A program made the translations under genes and the position numbers. Below are positions 1 to 8,909 of a stretch of DNA of 32,000 nt, in pieces. The stretch spans positions 2,520,001-2,552,000 of the forward strand of contig CP104013.1 in assembly GCA_025839675.1 (NCBI GenBank), given 5' to 3'. Under the pieces are notes generated by a model. That model had not been told where the DNA came from and made no database searches. It was given only the letters and a program-made list of their open reading frames with translations. The stretch is from Candidatus Lokiarchaeum ossiferum. Lineage in GTDB: Archaea > Asgardarchaeota > Lokiarchaeia > Sigyniarchaeales > Promethearchaeaceae. How positions within the stretch are numbered: position 1 is the first letter of the stretch; every line of letters starts with the position of its first letter.

Positions 1-1
1 T

Positions 2-328
2 CCCCTTCATGTAAATGAAGAATTTGCTCAAAAAAGCATGTTTAAACGGCGTTTAGTCCACGGTGCATTCAGTTCTGGATTGATCTCTACCGTGATAGGA
101 ATGAAGTTACCTGGTCCTGGAGCACTCTATTTGGATCAGTTTTGCAAGTTCAAAAAACCGGTCTTCATAGGAGATATTTTGACTGCCACAGCAACAGTTG
201 TGGATAAAATAGTCAAAGAAAAGGAAGGCAAACCTCCAATGAAATTGCTTATTCTTGAAACAATAGTCACTAATCAAGAAAATGTAGTGGTGACTGAAGG
301 AAAGGCAACGATTTTAGTCATGAATTAA
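2..328 (+). CDS. MaoC-like (R)-specific enoyl-CoA hydratase / hot-dog dehydratase, 5'-truncated by the window edge
   Basis: The frame is open from nt 2. The translation PLHVNEEFAQKSMFKRRLVHG fits the hydratase-2 motif (N-P-[LIV]-H-x5-[AS]) and is followed by a hot-dog core (GPGALYLDQFCKFKKPVFIGD). The ATG at 38 in the ORF track is therefore internal. Confidence 0.8.
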   Translation, partial: PLHVNEEFAQKSMFKRRLVHGAFSSGLISTVIGMKLPGPGALYLDQFCKFKKPVFIGDILTATATVVDKIVKEKEGKPPMKLLILETIVTNQENVVVTEGKATILVMN

Positions 329-372
329 GATATTTTCTTTAACTGAATACACTCGTTTTTTTATTTTTAGAT

Positions 373-1218
373 ATGAAACAAGAAGGTCCAAGAATGGTTA
401 AAGAAATTTATAAAATCGAAGATTTCGGAGCAATTTTTGATGCTCATGTGCATACATATTTTGATTTTCACGATGGAATGATTAGTCCTCGAGATTTAGT
501 TCGTTACTCGCGAAAGTGGCGATTTAATTGGATTAATGCCATGGCCCATGATACGATTCGCGGAGTTCCTCGAATAAAAAAAATTGCGAAAGAATACCAC
601 ATGCCAGTTATTCCATCCATGGAAGTTTCCACAGGGTTTAACCATCTTTTAGCCTTTGGTGTCCAAGAATGGCACCTCGCCAAAGATTCATGGAGTCCAG
701 AGGAAATAATTGATCTTCTAAGAACTCAGGATTGTGCCATTTTTGCATCCCACCCGGCGATTAACCCATTTAGAGGATATTGGACTCCAGAAATATTAAA
801 TCGATTAGATATTGATGGAATTGAATGGTTAAATGGATCAAACACAGTTTTAAATAAAATTACTCGAAAAAAGTTTGCAAATTATCCCAAAGGAAAGATT
901 GGTGGATCAGACGCCCATCACATAAGCCAAATGGGTTTTGCATATACCCAAGTGGAAATAAATAGTGATGATCCCGATGATTTGGTCAGGGCATTACAAA
1001 AAGGAAAATGTCATCCGCGTGGATGGTATGTTCCATTACATCGCATCGGGTGGTGGCAAGTTTACATTAGTCTAAAAAGAGCATTTTTTCCATCACTTCC
1101 CATAGAAAACCGTTGGATCTCACCACGATATGAAAAAATGGGACAGATACCTCCGAGACCATTTTCTGCAGTCCGTTGGAGACAAAAGATTTTATCACAA
1201 GAAAAATTACATAGTTAA
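373..1218 (+). CDS. PHP-family metal-dependent phosphoesterase
   Basis: It has an N-terminal HVHTYFDFHDG motif, an internal ..ASHP.. and a ..GGSDAHH.. motif. Together these make the His/Asp metal-ligand pattern of PHP domains. Confidence 0.75.
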   Translation: MKQEGPRMVKEIYKIEDFGAIFDAHVHTYFDFHDGMISPRDLVRYSRKWRFNWINAMAHDTIRGVPRIKKIAKEYHMPVIPSMEVSTGFNHLLAFGVQEWHLAKDSWSPEEIIDLLRTQDCAIFASHPAINPFRGYWTPEILNRLDIDGIEWLNGSNTVLNKITRKKFANYPKGKIGGSDAHHISQMGFAYTQVEINSDDPDDLVRALQKGKCHPRGWYVPLHRIGWWQVYISLKRAFFPSLPIENRWISPRYEKMGQIPPRPFSAVRWRQKILSQEKLHS

Positions 1219-1219
1219 G

Positions 1220-1228
1220 AAAAAAAAA
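1220..1228 (-). terminator. oligo-T tract (T9 on the minus strand) downstream of aroC
   Basis: An A9 run on the plus strand lies about 37 nt beyond the aroC stop, between convergent genes. Archaeal RNA polymerase is known to terminate at oligo-T. Confidence 0.35.
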
Positions 1229-1264
1229 GTATGGATTGATTTCTATATAGAAAAAGCGAACACT

Positions 1265-2371
1265 TTAACTATGACTATAAAGGACATCAAGTAAGACTAA
1301 TCCAACTATTGCTTCCAGTACAACTACGATTCGAGGAACAATGCAAGGATCATGACGACCTATTATCTCAAGAGGAACTTCAGATTGAGTTTCAAGATTT
1401 AAAGTATGCTGTATCTTCCCAATAGAAGCGGTAGGTTTCACGGCAACTTGAAAAGTTATTGGAGTACCTATGGATATTCCGCCAATAATACCTCCACAAT
1501 GATTGGTTTTGGTGGTGATCTTCCCATTTTGCCATACAAAAGGATCATTGTGATCGGAACCACGCATCGAAGCTGCAGCAAAACCCGTTCCAAATTCGAT
1601 CCCGCGCACACCAGGTATAGACATAATTGCGGCAGCAATATCGGATTCTAAGGAATGAAACCATGGATCCCCTAAACCCGCGGGAAAACCTTCTATCCGC
1701 ACTGATACAACACCACCAATAGAATCTTTTTCTTTCTGAACAGTCTTAACGAGATTTTCCATTTGGTGAGCAAATTCAGCATCCACCGTTCGAATTAGGT
1801 TCGAATCAACATTCTGACGAATACTTGAGACAGTATATTCAGTAGGATCGTGAATATTACCAATCTGCGATGCATACGCTGCGATTTCGATCTGTTGTTG
1901 ATGCAAAATTTGGCGAGCAATCGCCCCCGCAGCAACTAAGGGTGCAGTCATTCTTCCTGAAAACCGTCCAGACCCCCGTAAATCGATTGTGTCACCATAC
2001 CGTAAACGAGCAGGATAATCCACATGGGATGGTCTTGGTATTGTTTTAAATTGGGAATAATCCTTTGACTTGGTATCAATGTTTGGAATCGTAATTGTCA
2101 AAGGTTCTCCAGTGGTTTTTCCAAGATGAAGCCCAGAAGTAATTTGAAAAAGATCCGCTTCCTTTCGGCCAGTGGTAATATTATTTTGACCTGGACGGCG
2201 GCGATTGAGCTCATGCTGTATCCTTTCTTTGTCGATAGACAGTTGTGAAGGAAGACCTCTTATCTCTATCCCGATCTCTGAAGTATGAGATCCACCAAAG
2301 AGATTTATTTGCAAAGTTCGGCCAAAAGTATCGTTTGGGATTGTTTTTTTATCCATAAATTTTACGACCAT
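1265..2371 (-). CDS. aroC: chorismate synthase
   Basis: Motifs NLFGGSHTSEIGIEIRG, RRPGQNN..TGRKE and GRHDPCIVPR are present and the protein is full length. A second in-frame ATG at 2356 is an alternative start. Confidence 0.93.
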   Translation of the reverse strand: MVVKFMDKKTIPNDTFGRTLQINLFGGSHTSEIGIEIRGLPSQLSIDKERIQHELNRRRPGQNNITTGRKEADLFQITSGLHLGKTTGEPLTITIPNIDTKSKDYSQFKTIPRPSHVDYPARLRYGDTIDLRGSGRFSGRMTAPLVAAGAIARQILHQQQIEIAAYASQIGNIHDPTEYTVSSIRQNVDSNLIRTVDAEFAHQMENLVKTVQKEKDSIGGVVSVRIEGFPAGLGDPWFHSLESDIAAAIMSIPGVRGIEFGTGFAAASMRGSDHNDPFVWQNGKITTKTNHCGGIIGGISIGTPITFQVAVKPTASIGKIQHTLNLETQSEVPLEIIGRHDPCIVPRIVVVLEAIVGLVLLDVLYSHS

Positions 2372-3065
2372 AATCCAATTCGTCAGAAATTAAATGGGAA
2401 ATTTCAGTTAAAGAGATTTGTCCAACAGCGGTTTCCTTCCCAAGTCCAGAAGACACGTATGTTAAACTATTACAGCGAGTGTAGCCCTTAATTCGACTTG
2501 AGACCCCATGTTCTCCCATTCCAAAGATCGTAACTGCAGAATTCTCGCTCAAAATTTCATTTTGAAGGAGATCCAGTTGGAATGATTCTTCTTCATTATC
2601 AACAAAGGTGACAATTTTAATGATATCAGGATGCAGGAGAGCCATCTTTTCATACATTGTTCTAATTTTTTTTGGAATCGTATGGTGAAAATCGTGATAG
2701 GACAGGATTATCTTGGTATTGCTTGTTTTCTCCCGAAGAATAACATCAAGGTTCGGATAATCCCCCATTTCAATATCAACATAAGCATAATTTAACTCAA
2801 AAGCAGATTGATAAAGCTGGAAACGAAGATCATCGGGAATATGAGTGGATGCCCCTTGAGATTGACTACGACATGTGAAAATTAAGGGTTTCTCGATATT
2901 TACTCGAAAGGAAGTTAGGACGTCTTTCGTTAAATATTCGGGATCCAGATAGTCCATACGAATTTCAATAACATCAACAGCAGCAATCTCCTCTTTTGGT
3001 GGGATTCCGGCGAGGAGCTCTTGAGGATTAGAACCTCTAAGACAGAGAACGGTTTTTGATAACAT
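2349..3065 (-). CDS. aroD: 3-dehydroquinate dehydratase, type I
   Basis: It shows the ILSYHDFHHTIP motif and a ..DIIKIVTFV.. region that resembles the Schiff-base lysine context of type I DHQase. It sits inside the aro operon. Confidence 0.88.
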   Translation of the reverse strand: MLSKTVLCLRGSNPQELLAGIPPKEEIAAVDVIEIRMDYLDPEYLTKDVLTSFRVNIEKPLIFTCRSQSQGASTHIPDDLRFQLYQSAFELNYAYVDIEMGDYPNLDVILREKTSNTKIILSYHDFHHTIPKKIRTMYEKMALLHPDIIKIVTFVDNEEESFQLDLLQNEILSENSAVTIFGMGEHGVSSRIKGYTRCNSLTYVSSGLGKETAVGQISLTEISHLISDELDYGRKIYG

Positions 3066-4149
3066 AGTTTATAGCCTCTTTTATTTGGAGTGTAGTTTGG
3101 GTGGTGGATATGATAGGTTTACCAAGTCCTTCTAATAATATCATAACGACTTGATCATCCTGATTTTTTTTATCATTGTGCAAAAAATGGAATAGTTGAT
3201 CAGCGTCTCCTGTCAAACCCAGATCAGACAAGAAGATCGGCAAGTGATATTGTTGTAATAAGTTTTGAATGCGAAGAAATGCAGCTTCCGATAGAAGTCC
3301 ACATTTTAAAGCAAGATAATTAGCAGCATTGATACCAATGGCTACAGCATTTCCATGGGGAATAGAGGAATATCCAAGAGTTTCTTCGAGAGCATGCCCG
3401 ATGGTGTGCCCATAATTCAAAATTTTGCGGAGCCCCGATTCTTTCTCATCTTGTTCAACAATCATCACTTTAAATTGAACGGATTGAATAATCAAGGTGG
3501 AAAGTAGTGAGAGATCCATCGCTAAAATACCCGCTACATTATCTTCCAGAAAGGTGATGTATTCTTCTCCAGACAAAAAGGCATGTTTAATAACTTCTGC
3601 CATTCCATCAATAAAATAATTCTTCGGAAGGGTGAGCAAAAGAGAAGGATCAATCAAAACTTTGATTGGATTATTAAACACACCCACAGCATTTTTCCCG
3701 ATAGATGTATCCACACCTAATTTTCCCCCCACAGAACTATCAACCATGGCGAGCAGAGAAGTAGGAATCTGTAGAAAAGATATCCCACGCATGTAAGTTG
3801 AAGCTACAAACCCTCCCATATCTCCTGTGACACCACCGCCAAGAGTAATGATCGTTGACTGACGATCAAGGCGAAGAGCGATTTGTTCATGAAGATCTGA
3901 AAAAGTTTGTAAATTCTTATTGGCTTCTCCTGCAGGAAAGGATATAAGAGCACATGAGATATTCGCTTTGGTGATGGCCAATTGTAATTTATCTCCCCAT
4001 AATGGCTTTACATTTGAGTCACAAATAATTAAATATTTTTGTGCGGGAGAAAGTTGTTTAACAATCTGATGAAAGCAATTCTCTTGAATTACTATAGCAT
4101 AGGGTCGGGATGAAGACTGACAGGTAATTGTAGTTTTATTGTTGTCCAT
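3037..4149 (-). CDS. aroB: 3-dehydroquinate synthase
   Basis: The signature GGGVTGDMGGFVASTYMRGISFLQIPTSLLAMVDSSVGGKLGVD is present, with downstream HTIGHALE. I chose the ATG at 4149 (MDNNKTT..) because it is preceded by AGGAG overlapping the aroA stop codon. The ORF-track start at 4218 would overlap aroA by 58 nt. Confidence 0.9.
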   Translation of the reverse strand: MDNNKTTITCQSSSRPYAIVIQENCFHQIVKQLSPAQKYLIICDSNVKPLWGDKLQLAITKANISCALISFPAGEANKNLQTFSDLHEQIALRLDRQSTIITLGGGVTGDMGGFVASTYMRGISFLQIPTSLLAMVDSSVGGKLGVDTSIGKNAVGVFNNPIKVLIDPSLLLTLPKNYFIDGMAEVIKHAFLSGEEYITFLEDNVAGILAMDLSLLSTLIIQSVQFKVMIVEQDEKESGLRKILNYGHTIGHALEETLGYSSIPHGNAVAIGINAANYLALKCGLLSEAAFLRIQNLLQQYHLPIFLSDLGLTGDADQLFHFLHNDKKNQDDQVVMILLEGLGKPIISTTQTTLQIKEAINYVIKNRSLS

Positions 4150-4160
4150 TGTTGTATCTC

Positions 4161-5471
4161 CTAAGCGTAAAATTGATTTAAGAGTTCGAAGAATTGCGGA
4201 AATGATTTGTTCACACATGAAGGATTTTCAATCGAGATTCCGGGAACTTTTAACCCCATGATAGCAAAAGCCATCGCCATCCGATGATCATTGTAAGTCG
4301 CCACTTTTCCGCCATGATAGGTTTTTTGTGGAATTATTTTCATGGAATGAGATGTAGTTTCCACTCCGACCCCCAAATGACGTAGTTCCGAAGCAGTCGC
4401 TTCAATCCGATCAGTTTCTTTGTGCTTTAAATGAGCAATATTTGATATATAAGATGCTGTTGAAGCAAAACTGGCCACGATACACATGGACTGTACAAGA
4501 TCAGGGCAATTCCCCATATCAATACTTAATCCAATCAGATTTTTGTTTGGACTTCGGGATAGGTGAATGCCTTCAGAGTTAACAAGTACTTGACAGCCCA
4601 TTCGATGCAATATTTCTAAGAAGATGATATCACCTTGATGAGAGTGAGAATTCAAACCTTTCAAAGTAATATTTCCTCCAAGAATTGCCACAGCGGCGAA
4701 GAAGTAAGAGGCGCTAGAGAAATCCCCTTCGACAACATAATTGGTTGCAGTATATTTTTTTTGATTGGATATTTCAAGAAGTTGAGTCTGGTTATCTTGA
4801 TTTACTTCAATTCCGAATTGATTCATCATCGAAAGAGTGATATCAATGTACGGGCGCGAATGAATTGCCGAAGTCGGTAGAATCTGAACAGATTGGGATG
4901 CGAACGGTGAACTTATCAAGATTGAAGAGAAATATTGCGAACTGATATCCCCCCGTAAATGACATTTACCCCCCGTTAGGCCCGGAAATATTTTCACTGG
5001 AGGATAGCCATTAGATTTCAAATACACTATTTTACACCCTAATTCGAGCAAAGCATCAATCATTGCACCAATCGGCCGCTCTTCCATACGTTTATCGCCT
5101 GTGATAGTGATAGGACGATTTGCTAAAGTACATAATGTGACAAAGAACCGAAGGGAAGTTCCCGAATTTTCAAAACAGAGAGAATCGTGAACAACTTCGA
5201 ATTGCCCTCCCGTTCCATGTATCACTAACCCTTCTGAATTTTCCTCAATGTTAACACCCAAAGACGAAAGACCCTTAAGTGTAGCTCGCGTATCACTACA
5301 AAGACAAGGATTTTCGATATGCGACACACCGTTAGCTAACGCTGCCATAATAAAAGCGCGGTGAGTGACACTTTTTGATCCAGGAATATGAAGTTCAAGA
5401 TCTATGGGTTTGAGAAGAGATTCTATTTCAAGGGTTTTTTTCAAAGGTTTTTTTTCCAATATAGCTTCCAT
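4161..5471 (-). CDS. aroA: 3-phosphoshikimate 1-carboxyvinyltransferase (EPSP synthase)
   Basis: It has the N-terminal LHIPGSKSVTHRAFIMAALANG motif and is 436 aa. It lies within the aro operon. Confidence 0.92.
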   Translation of the reverse strand: MEAILEKKPLKKTLEIESLLKPIDLELHIPGSKSVTHRAFIMAALANGVSHIENPCLCSDTRATLKGLSSLGVNIEENSEGLVIHGTGGQFEVVHDSLCFENSGTSLRFFVTLCTLANRPITITGDKRMEERPIGAMIDALLELGCKIVYLKSNGYPPVKIFPGLTGGKCHLRGDISSQYFSSILISSPFASQSVQILPTSAIHSRPYIDITLSMMNQFGIEVNQDNQTQLLEISNQKKYTATNYVVEGDFSSASYFFAAVAILGGNITLKGLNSHSHQGDIIFLEILHRMGCQVLVNSEGIHLSRSPNKNLIGLSIDMGNCPDLVQSMCIVASFASTASYISNIAHLKHKETDRIEATASELRHLGVGVETTSHSMKIIPQKTYHGGKVATYNDHRMAMAFAIMGLKVPGISIENPSCVNKSFPQFFELLNQFYA

Positions 5472-5511
5472 TTAATTTTTCCTTCCTTTTTGTTTTTCTT
5501 CTTCCAATTTT

Positions 5512-6378
5512 CTAAACGATTCGATTGTAGGATCCCAGATTCCTAATTTGAGCGGTTTTTTGTAGTTCTATTAAACAATCTTGAAGAATGGGATGAGAAA
5601 TATCCGCTTGTATATCAAGATAGAATACATAATCACCCAAACGTCTTTTCGAGGGCCGAGATTCAATTTTAGTCAGATTAATCAATTTCGCTGCAAAAAT
5701 TTGGAGAATTTCATTCAACAATCCGGGTCGATCATCACGGGGATCGATTAATAATGTCGATTTTGATTTAACTCGAGAGTTGAAATGTTGGATCACATAT
5801 TCTTTAGAACTCACCACGATGAATCGAGTAGAATTCAAGGAAGAATTATGTATGTTTTCGGCCAACATAGGGATTCCATAGAGATCAAGGCAGATCTGAG
5901 GAACTATCGCAGCAATTGCAGGCGAATTGGATTCTTGGACTTTTTTGGCAGACTCGGCATTACTCGTTGTATAAATCACATCAACTGCATTCAATTTATT
6001 ATCTATAAAGAGATCACATTGGGCATAGGCTTGAGGATGAGCATAGATTGTAGTAACTTGAGACAAATCACCATGACCTGTCAAATAATGAGCAATTTCT
6101 AGATCTATTTCAGCGATAATTTGCATCCCTTGTCGATTATACTCGATAATACTATCCATACTGGTACCAATGGAACCCGCAGTTGAATTTTCGAGAGGTA
6201 TTACAGCTAAATCAATTTCATTATCTGCTGCCCGAAAGACTCGAGAAATGGATTTTTCAAAACTTAACTCCTTTGAAATTTCCAATGGTTGTAAATATTC
6301 GATAACTTTGAGCGCAGCTTGATGCGAGAACGTCCCTTGAGGCCCCAGGGTTGATATAGTAAAATTTTCAATTGTCAT
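5512..6378 (-). CDS. pheA: prephenate dehydratase with C-terminal ACT domain
   Basis: The N-terminus reads ISTLGPQGTFSHQAA, an NSTRF motif is present, and the C-terminal ACT-like segment is TLLIDPRDDRPGLLNEILQIFAAKLINLTKIESRP. Confidence 0.9.
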   Translation of the reverse strand: MTIENFTISTLGPQGTFSHQAALKVIEYLQPLEISKELSFEKSISRVFRAADNEIDLAVIPLENSTAGSIGTSMDSIIEYNRQGMQIIAEIDLEIAHYLTGHGDLSQVTTIYAHPQAYAQCDLFIDNKLNAVDVIYTTSNAESAKKVQESNSPAIAAIVPQICLDLYGIPMLAENIHNSSLNSTRFIVVSSKEYVIQHFNSRVKSKSTLLIDPRDDRPGLLNEILQIFAAKLINLTKIESRPSKRRLGDYVFYLDIQADISHPILQDCLIELQKTAQIRNLGSYNRIV

Positions 6379-7258
6379 TTAACTTCACCATGTGTTTAAT
6401 GAGTTGATTGCTTTCCTCCATTGCTTTCTCCTTGAAATTTTCAAAAAAACTCGAAGCAAACTGGAATTTTTCCATAAATCCAGCTAGATCTTTTGTTAGG
6501 ATAATTTTTGACATTTCTTCGAGCGTCAATTTATGTTCCAAGAGAGTTTTTTGGGTAAAGGGATTATGCATCGGAATCGATCCATATAATCGGCCATTCT
6601 GGGCAAAAATTCGCCCAATCATGGCCAGCTCCATTCGATAAATAGGGCTTGTATATTCCAAAGTTTCATGGATATCAAAGCCCATTTTCGCCATAGTTAT
6701 CCCAATTGAAATACTGTTGTAGTGAATTAAGACTTGGATTAAACTCATCATCTGATCATGGTTTTCTGGAGTGGTGATTTTTAGTTTGACATCCTTTTCC
6801 TCAAAATATCCTTGAAAAATTGGGAGCCAATCGTTTCGATCCCGAACAGGAGTCATAACCATGGTTTGTTTGGTGATCGTTCCCACAGAGGGATTGAACA
6901 TTGGATGAATTCCGATAATATCTGCCGATGATTTCAGAAGGGCACTTGTGGGTTCCATTTTTACGGAAGTCATTTCAATGACAAGTTTTTCTGGAGTTAA
7001 ATCCGCAGCAATCTCATTGATGACATTTACAGTTTGATCAATAGGTACGGAAATAATCACAATGTCAGATGCAATTACTAAATCACTATTGGTTAAGGAA
7101 GTTGAGACATCTGAAATTAAAACGCGAATCTCATCGGAACTGAAGAGAGAGGAAAAGAAAGATCCGATTTGTCCTAAACCTCCAATAATTCCGATAGTAT
7201 AATTTTTCAAAGTTCTACCTAAGGGTATTATGTTTGGGTGAATTTTTGATTCTTCCAT
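6368..7258 (-). CDS. tyrA: prephenate dehydrogenase
   Basis: It has a Rossmann motif (IGIIGGLGQIGSFF) and a GIHPMF motif. It overlaps pheA by 11 nt, consistent with translational coupling. Confidence 0.85.
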   Translation of the reverse strand: MEESKIHPNIIPLGRTLKNYTIGIIGGLGQIGSFFSSLFSSDEIRVLISDVSTSLTNSDLVIASDIVIISVPIDQTVNVINEIAADLTPEKLVIEMTSVKMEPTSALLKSSADIIGIHPMFNPSVGTITKQTMVMTPVRDRNDWLPIFQGYFEEKDVKLKITTPENHDQMMSLIQVLIHYNSISIGITMAKMGFDIHETLEYTSPIYRMELAMIGRIFAQNGRLYGSIPMHNPFTQKTLLEHKLTLEEMSKIILTKDLAGFMEKFQFASSFFENFKEKAMEESNQLIKHMVKLNDN

Positions 7259-7269
7259 TTCTTTCTACC

Positions 7270-8367
7270 TTATTCCATTTCTTGAGCTTGCAACAAACGC
7301 ATCTCTGAAATGATTAAATTGAAGACTTTTCGGATCAACGTTGGATTAACATCATTTACTGCGGCTAACCGCACGTATTTTTCAGTAATTTCCTTTTCTC
7401 GATCAGGTTGGTATACGGGAAGCGAATTTTTCTTTTTAAACTCAACTAATGCGGGGACAAGATTCAACCGATTGGCAATCAAATCAATAATATCTTCATC
7501 CACATAATTAATTCGCCGTCTCACTTCATCTAAAGTCATCGTGGTTCCAGTTATCACTTTCTTTTCAATTTCGAGAATCGGCTTGATATTTTCGATTAAA
7601 TCGGCAAACATTTCCGGAGGCAGGGATTGAGCCCCATCGCACATTGCAAGGTCAGGATTATTATGAACTTCAACTAAAATACCGTCTGCGTTAGAAGCAA
7701 TTGCAGCTTTGCTCACTGGGATGATTAAATCCCGATTACCTGTGGCATGGCTTGGATCAACAATGATTGGTAAATGAGTCCGCATTTTCAATAATGGAAT
7801 CACTGATAAATCGAGGGTATTCCGGGTTTGGGTGGAAAAGGTTCGAATTCCTCTTTCACACAAGATAATATTTTCATTTCCTTCAACCATTAAGTACTCA
7901 GCAGCATTTAACCATTCATCCACAGTTGCTGATAAGCCGCGTTTTAAGATAATGGGGATATCGGATTTTGATGCTTCTTTGAGTAAATCAAAATTTTGCA
8001 TATTACGGGCTCCAATTTGAATAACATCTACATGATTCGCAGTGACTTTAATATCTCGTGGATCCATCACCTCCGTTATGGTGGGAATATCGAGTTCTTC
8101 ACCTAAATCTTTAATTAGTTTCAAACCTTCTCGCCCTAATCCTTGAAAAGAATAGGGTGAAGAGCGAGGTTTAAACACTGACCCTCGGATGAGATTAGCT
8201 CCTGCTTTTTTGACTAATTTAGCAGTTTGAAAATATTGATCTTGATTTTCGATAGCACAGGGTCCGGCGGCAATTGCAAAAAATTTGCCTCCAATTTTGA
8301 CGTTACCTACGTCCACTACAGTATCTACTGATTTGAATTCACGACTGAATCGCATAACTTTTGACAT
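7270..8367 (-). CDS. aroF: DAHP synthase (type I-beta, KDO8PS-like) fused to a C-terminal AroQ chorismate mutase
   Basis: The DAHPS core shows FAIAAGPCAIEN, GANLIRGSVFKPRSSPYSFQGLG, IQIGARNMQNF and IIVDPSH. The C-terminal ~90 aa (LDEVRRRINYVDEDIIDLIANRLNL...YQPDREKEI...) fits the CM type 2 pattern. GGAGA lies 10 nt upstream of the ATG. Confidence 0.9.
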   Translation of the reverse strand: MSKVMRFSREFKSVDTVVDVGNVKIGGKFFAIAAGPCAIENQDQYFQTAKLVKKAGANLIRGSVFKPRSSPYSFQGLGREGLKLIKDLGEELDIPTITEVMDPRDIKVTANHVDVIQIGARNMQNFDLLKEASKSDIPIILKRGLSATVDEWLNAAEYLMVEGNENIILCERGIRTFSTQTRNTLDLSVIPLLKMRTHLPIIVDPSHATGNRDLIIPVSKAAIASNADGILVEVHNNPDLAMCDGAQSLPPEMFADLIENIKPILEIEKKVITGTTMTLDEVRRRINYVDEDIIDLIANRLNLVPALVEFKKKNSLPVYQPDREKEITEKYVRLAAVNDVNPTLIRKVFNLIISEMRLLQAQEME

Positions 8368-8520
8368 TTGAATAATTTCTCCATTAATTTGAATGATATA
8401 TTTATATATTTTTATATTTTGAGCAATCTATTAACAGATTACTAAAAAAAGGAGGAAATTCTGGACCCGAGACAATTTTGAAATTGTTTTACTCAAAATT
8501 ATTCGTGTATCAACAATTTA

Positions 8521-8570
8521 ATGGCAATCTAACCGCAAAATTTCCATTTGCCCCTTCATTAGATTGCCAT
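8521..8570. promoter_or_regulatory. perfect 12-bp inverted repeat ATGGCAATCTAA-N26-TTAGATTGCCAT (stem-loop or operator candidate)
   Basis: I read both arms directly at 8521-8532 and 8559-8570. The repeat sits in the 542-bp divergent intergenic region between the aro operon and glyA. Confidence 0.3.
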
Positions 8571-8909
8571 CTATGCATAGAAATAAAAGTAATAAAAGAA
8601 ATAAAGCCAAGCAGTCATAAAAAGACTTGAAACGAATAAAATAAGAGAGTTTTTAGAAAGTCTTTTGGAGATAAAAGTCCTCACCTGTAAAAAAATGTTC
8701 ACCTTGCAACTTTTTCAACTCCATGACACTCCTACAACAAATGAAATAAAGATCATTTTTAAATTTATTGTCATAATTCAGTCCTTCTACCAAGTCGAAA
8801 ATCATGAGAAAGCATATATTTCTGCAGAAATTTTAACAATTTATACACAACACTCAACTTCATGGATTTTTTGTAAATATATATATGAGATAAATTACAA
8901 TCTTAAATC

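Noticed and set aside
1406-8020. Antisense ORFs in the track within the aro operon (1406-1651, 2285-2491, 4635-4880, 5785-6102, 6408-6641, 7310-7507, 7832-8020).
   Set aside because: Each lies entirely opposite a gene with strong family motifs. Their translations are low-complexity or odd in composition with no recognisable motif. They are typical shadow ORFs.
8368-8909. A riboswitch (ZTP, THF or glycine type) or T-box/attenuator in the long leader regions of glyA and the aro operon.
   Set aside because: I could not find the GC-rich conserved cores of these RNA families in this AT-rich stretch. There is also no leader peptide rich in aromatic codons. Only a covariance-model scan could settle the question.
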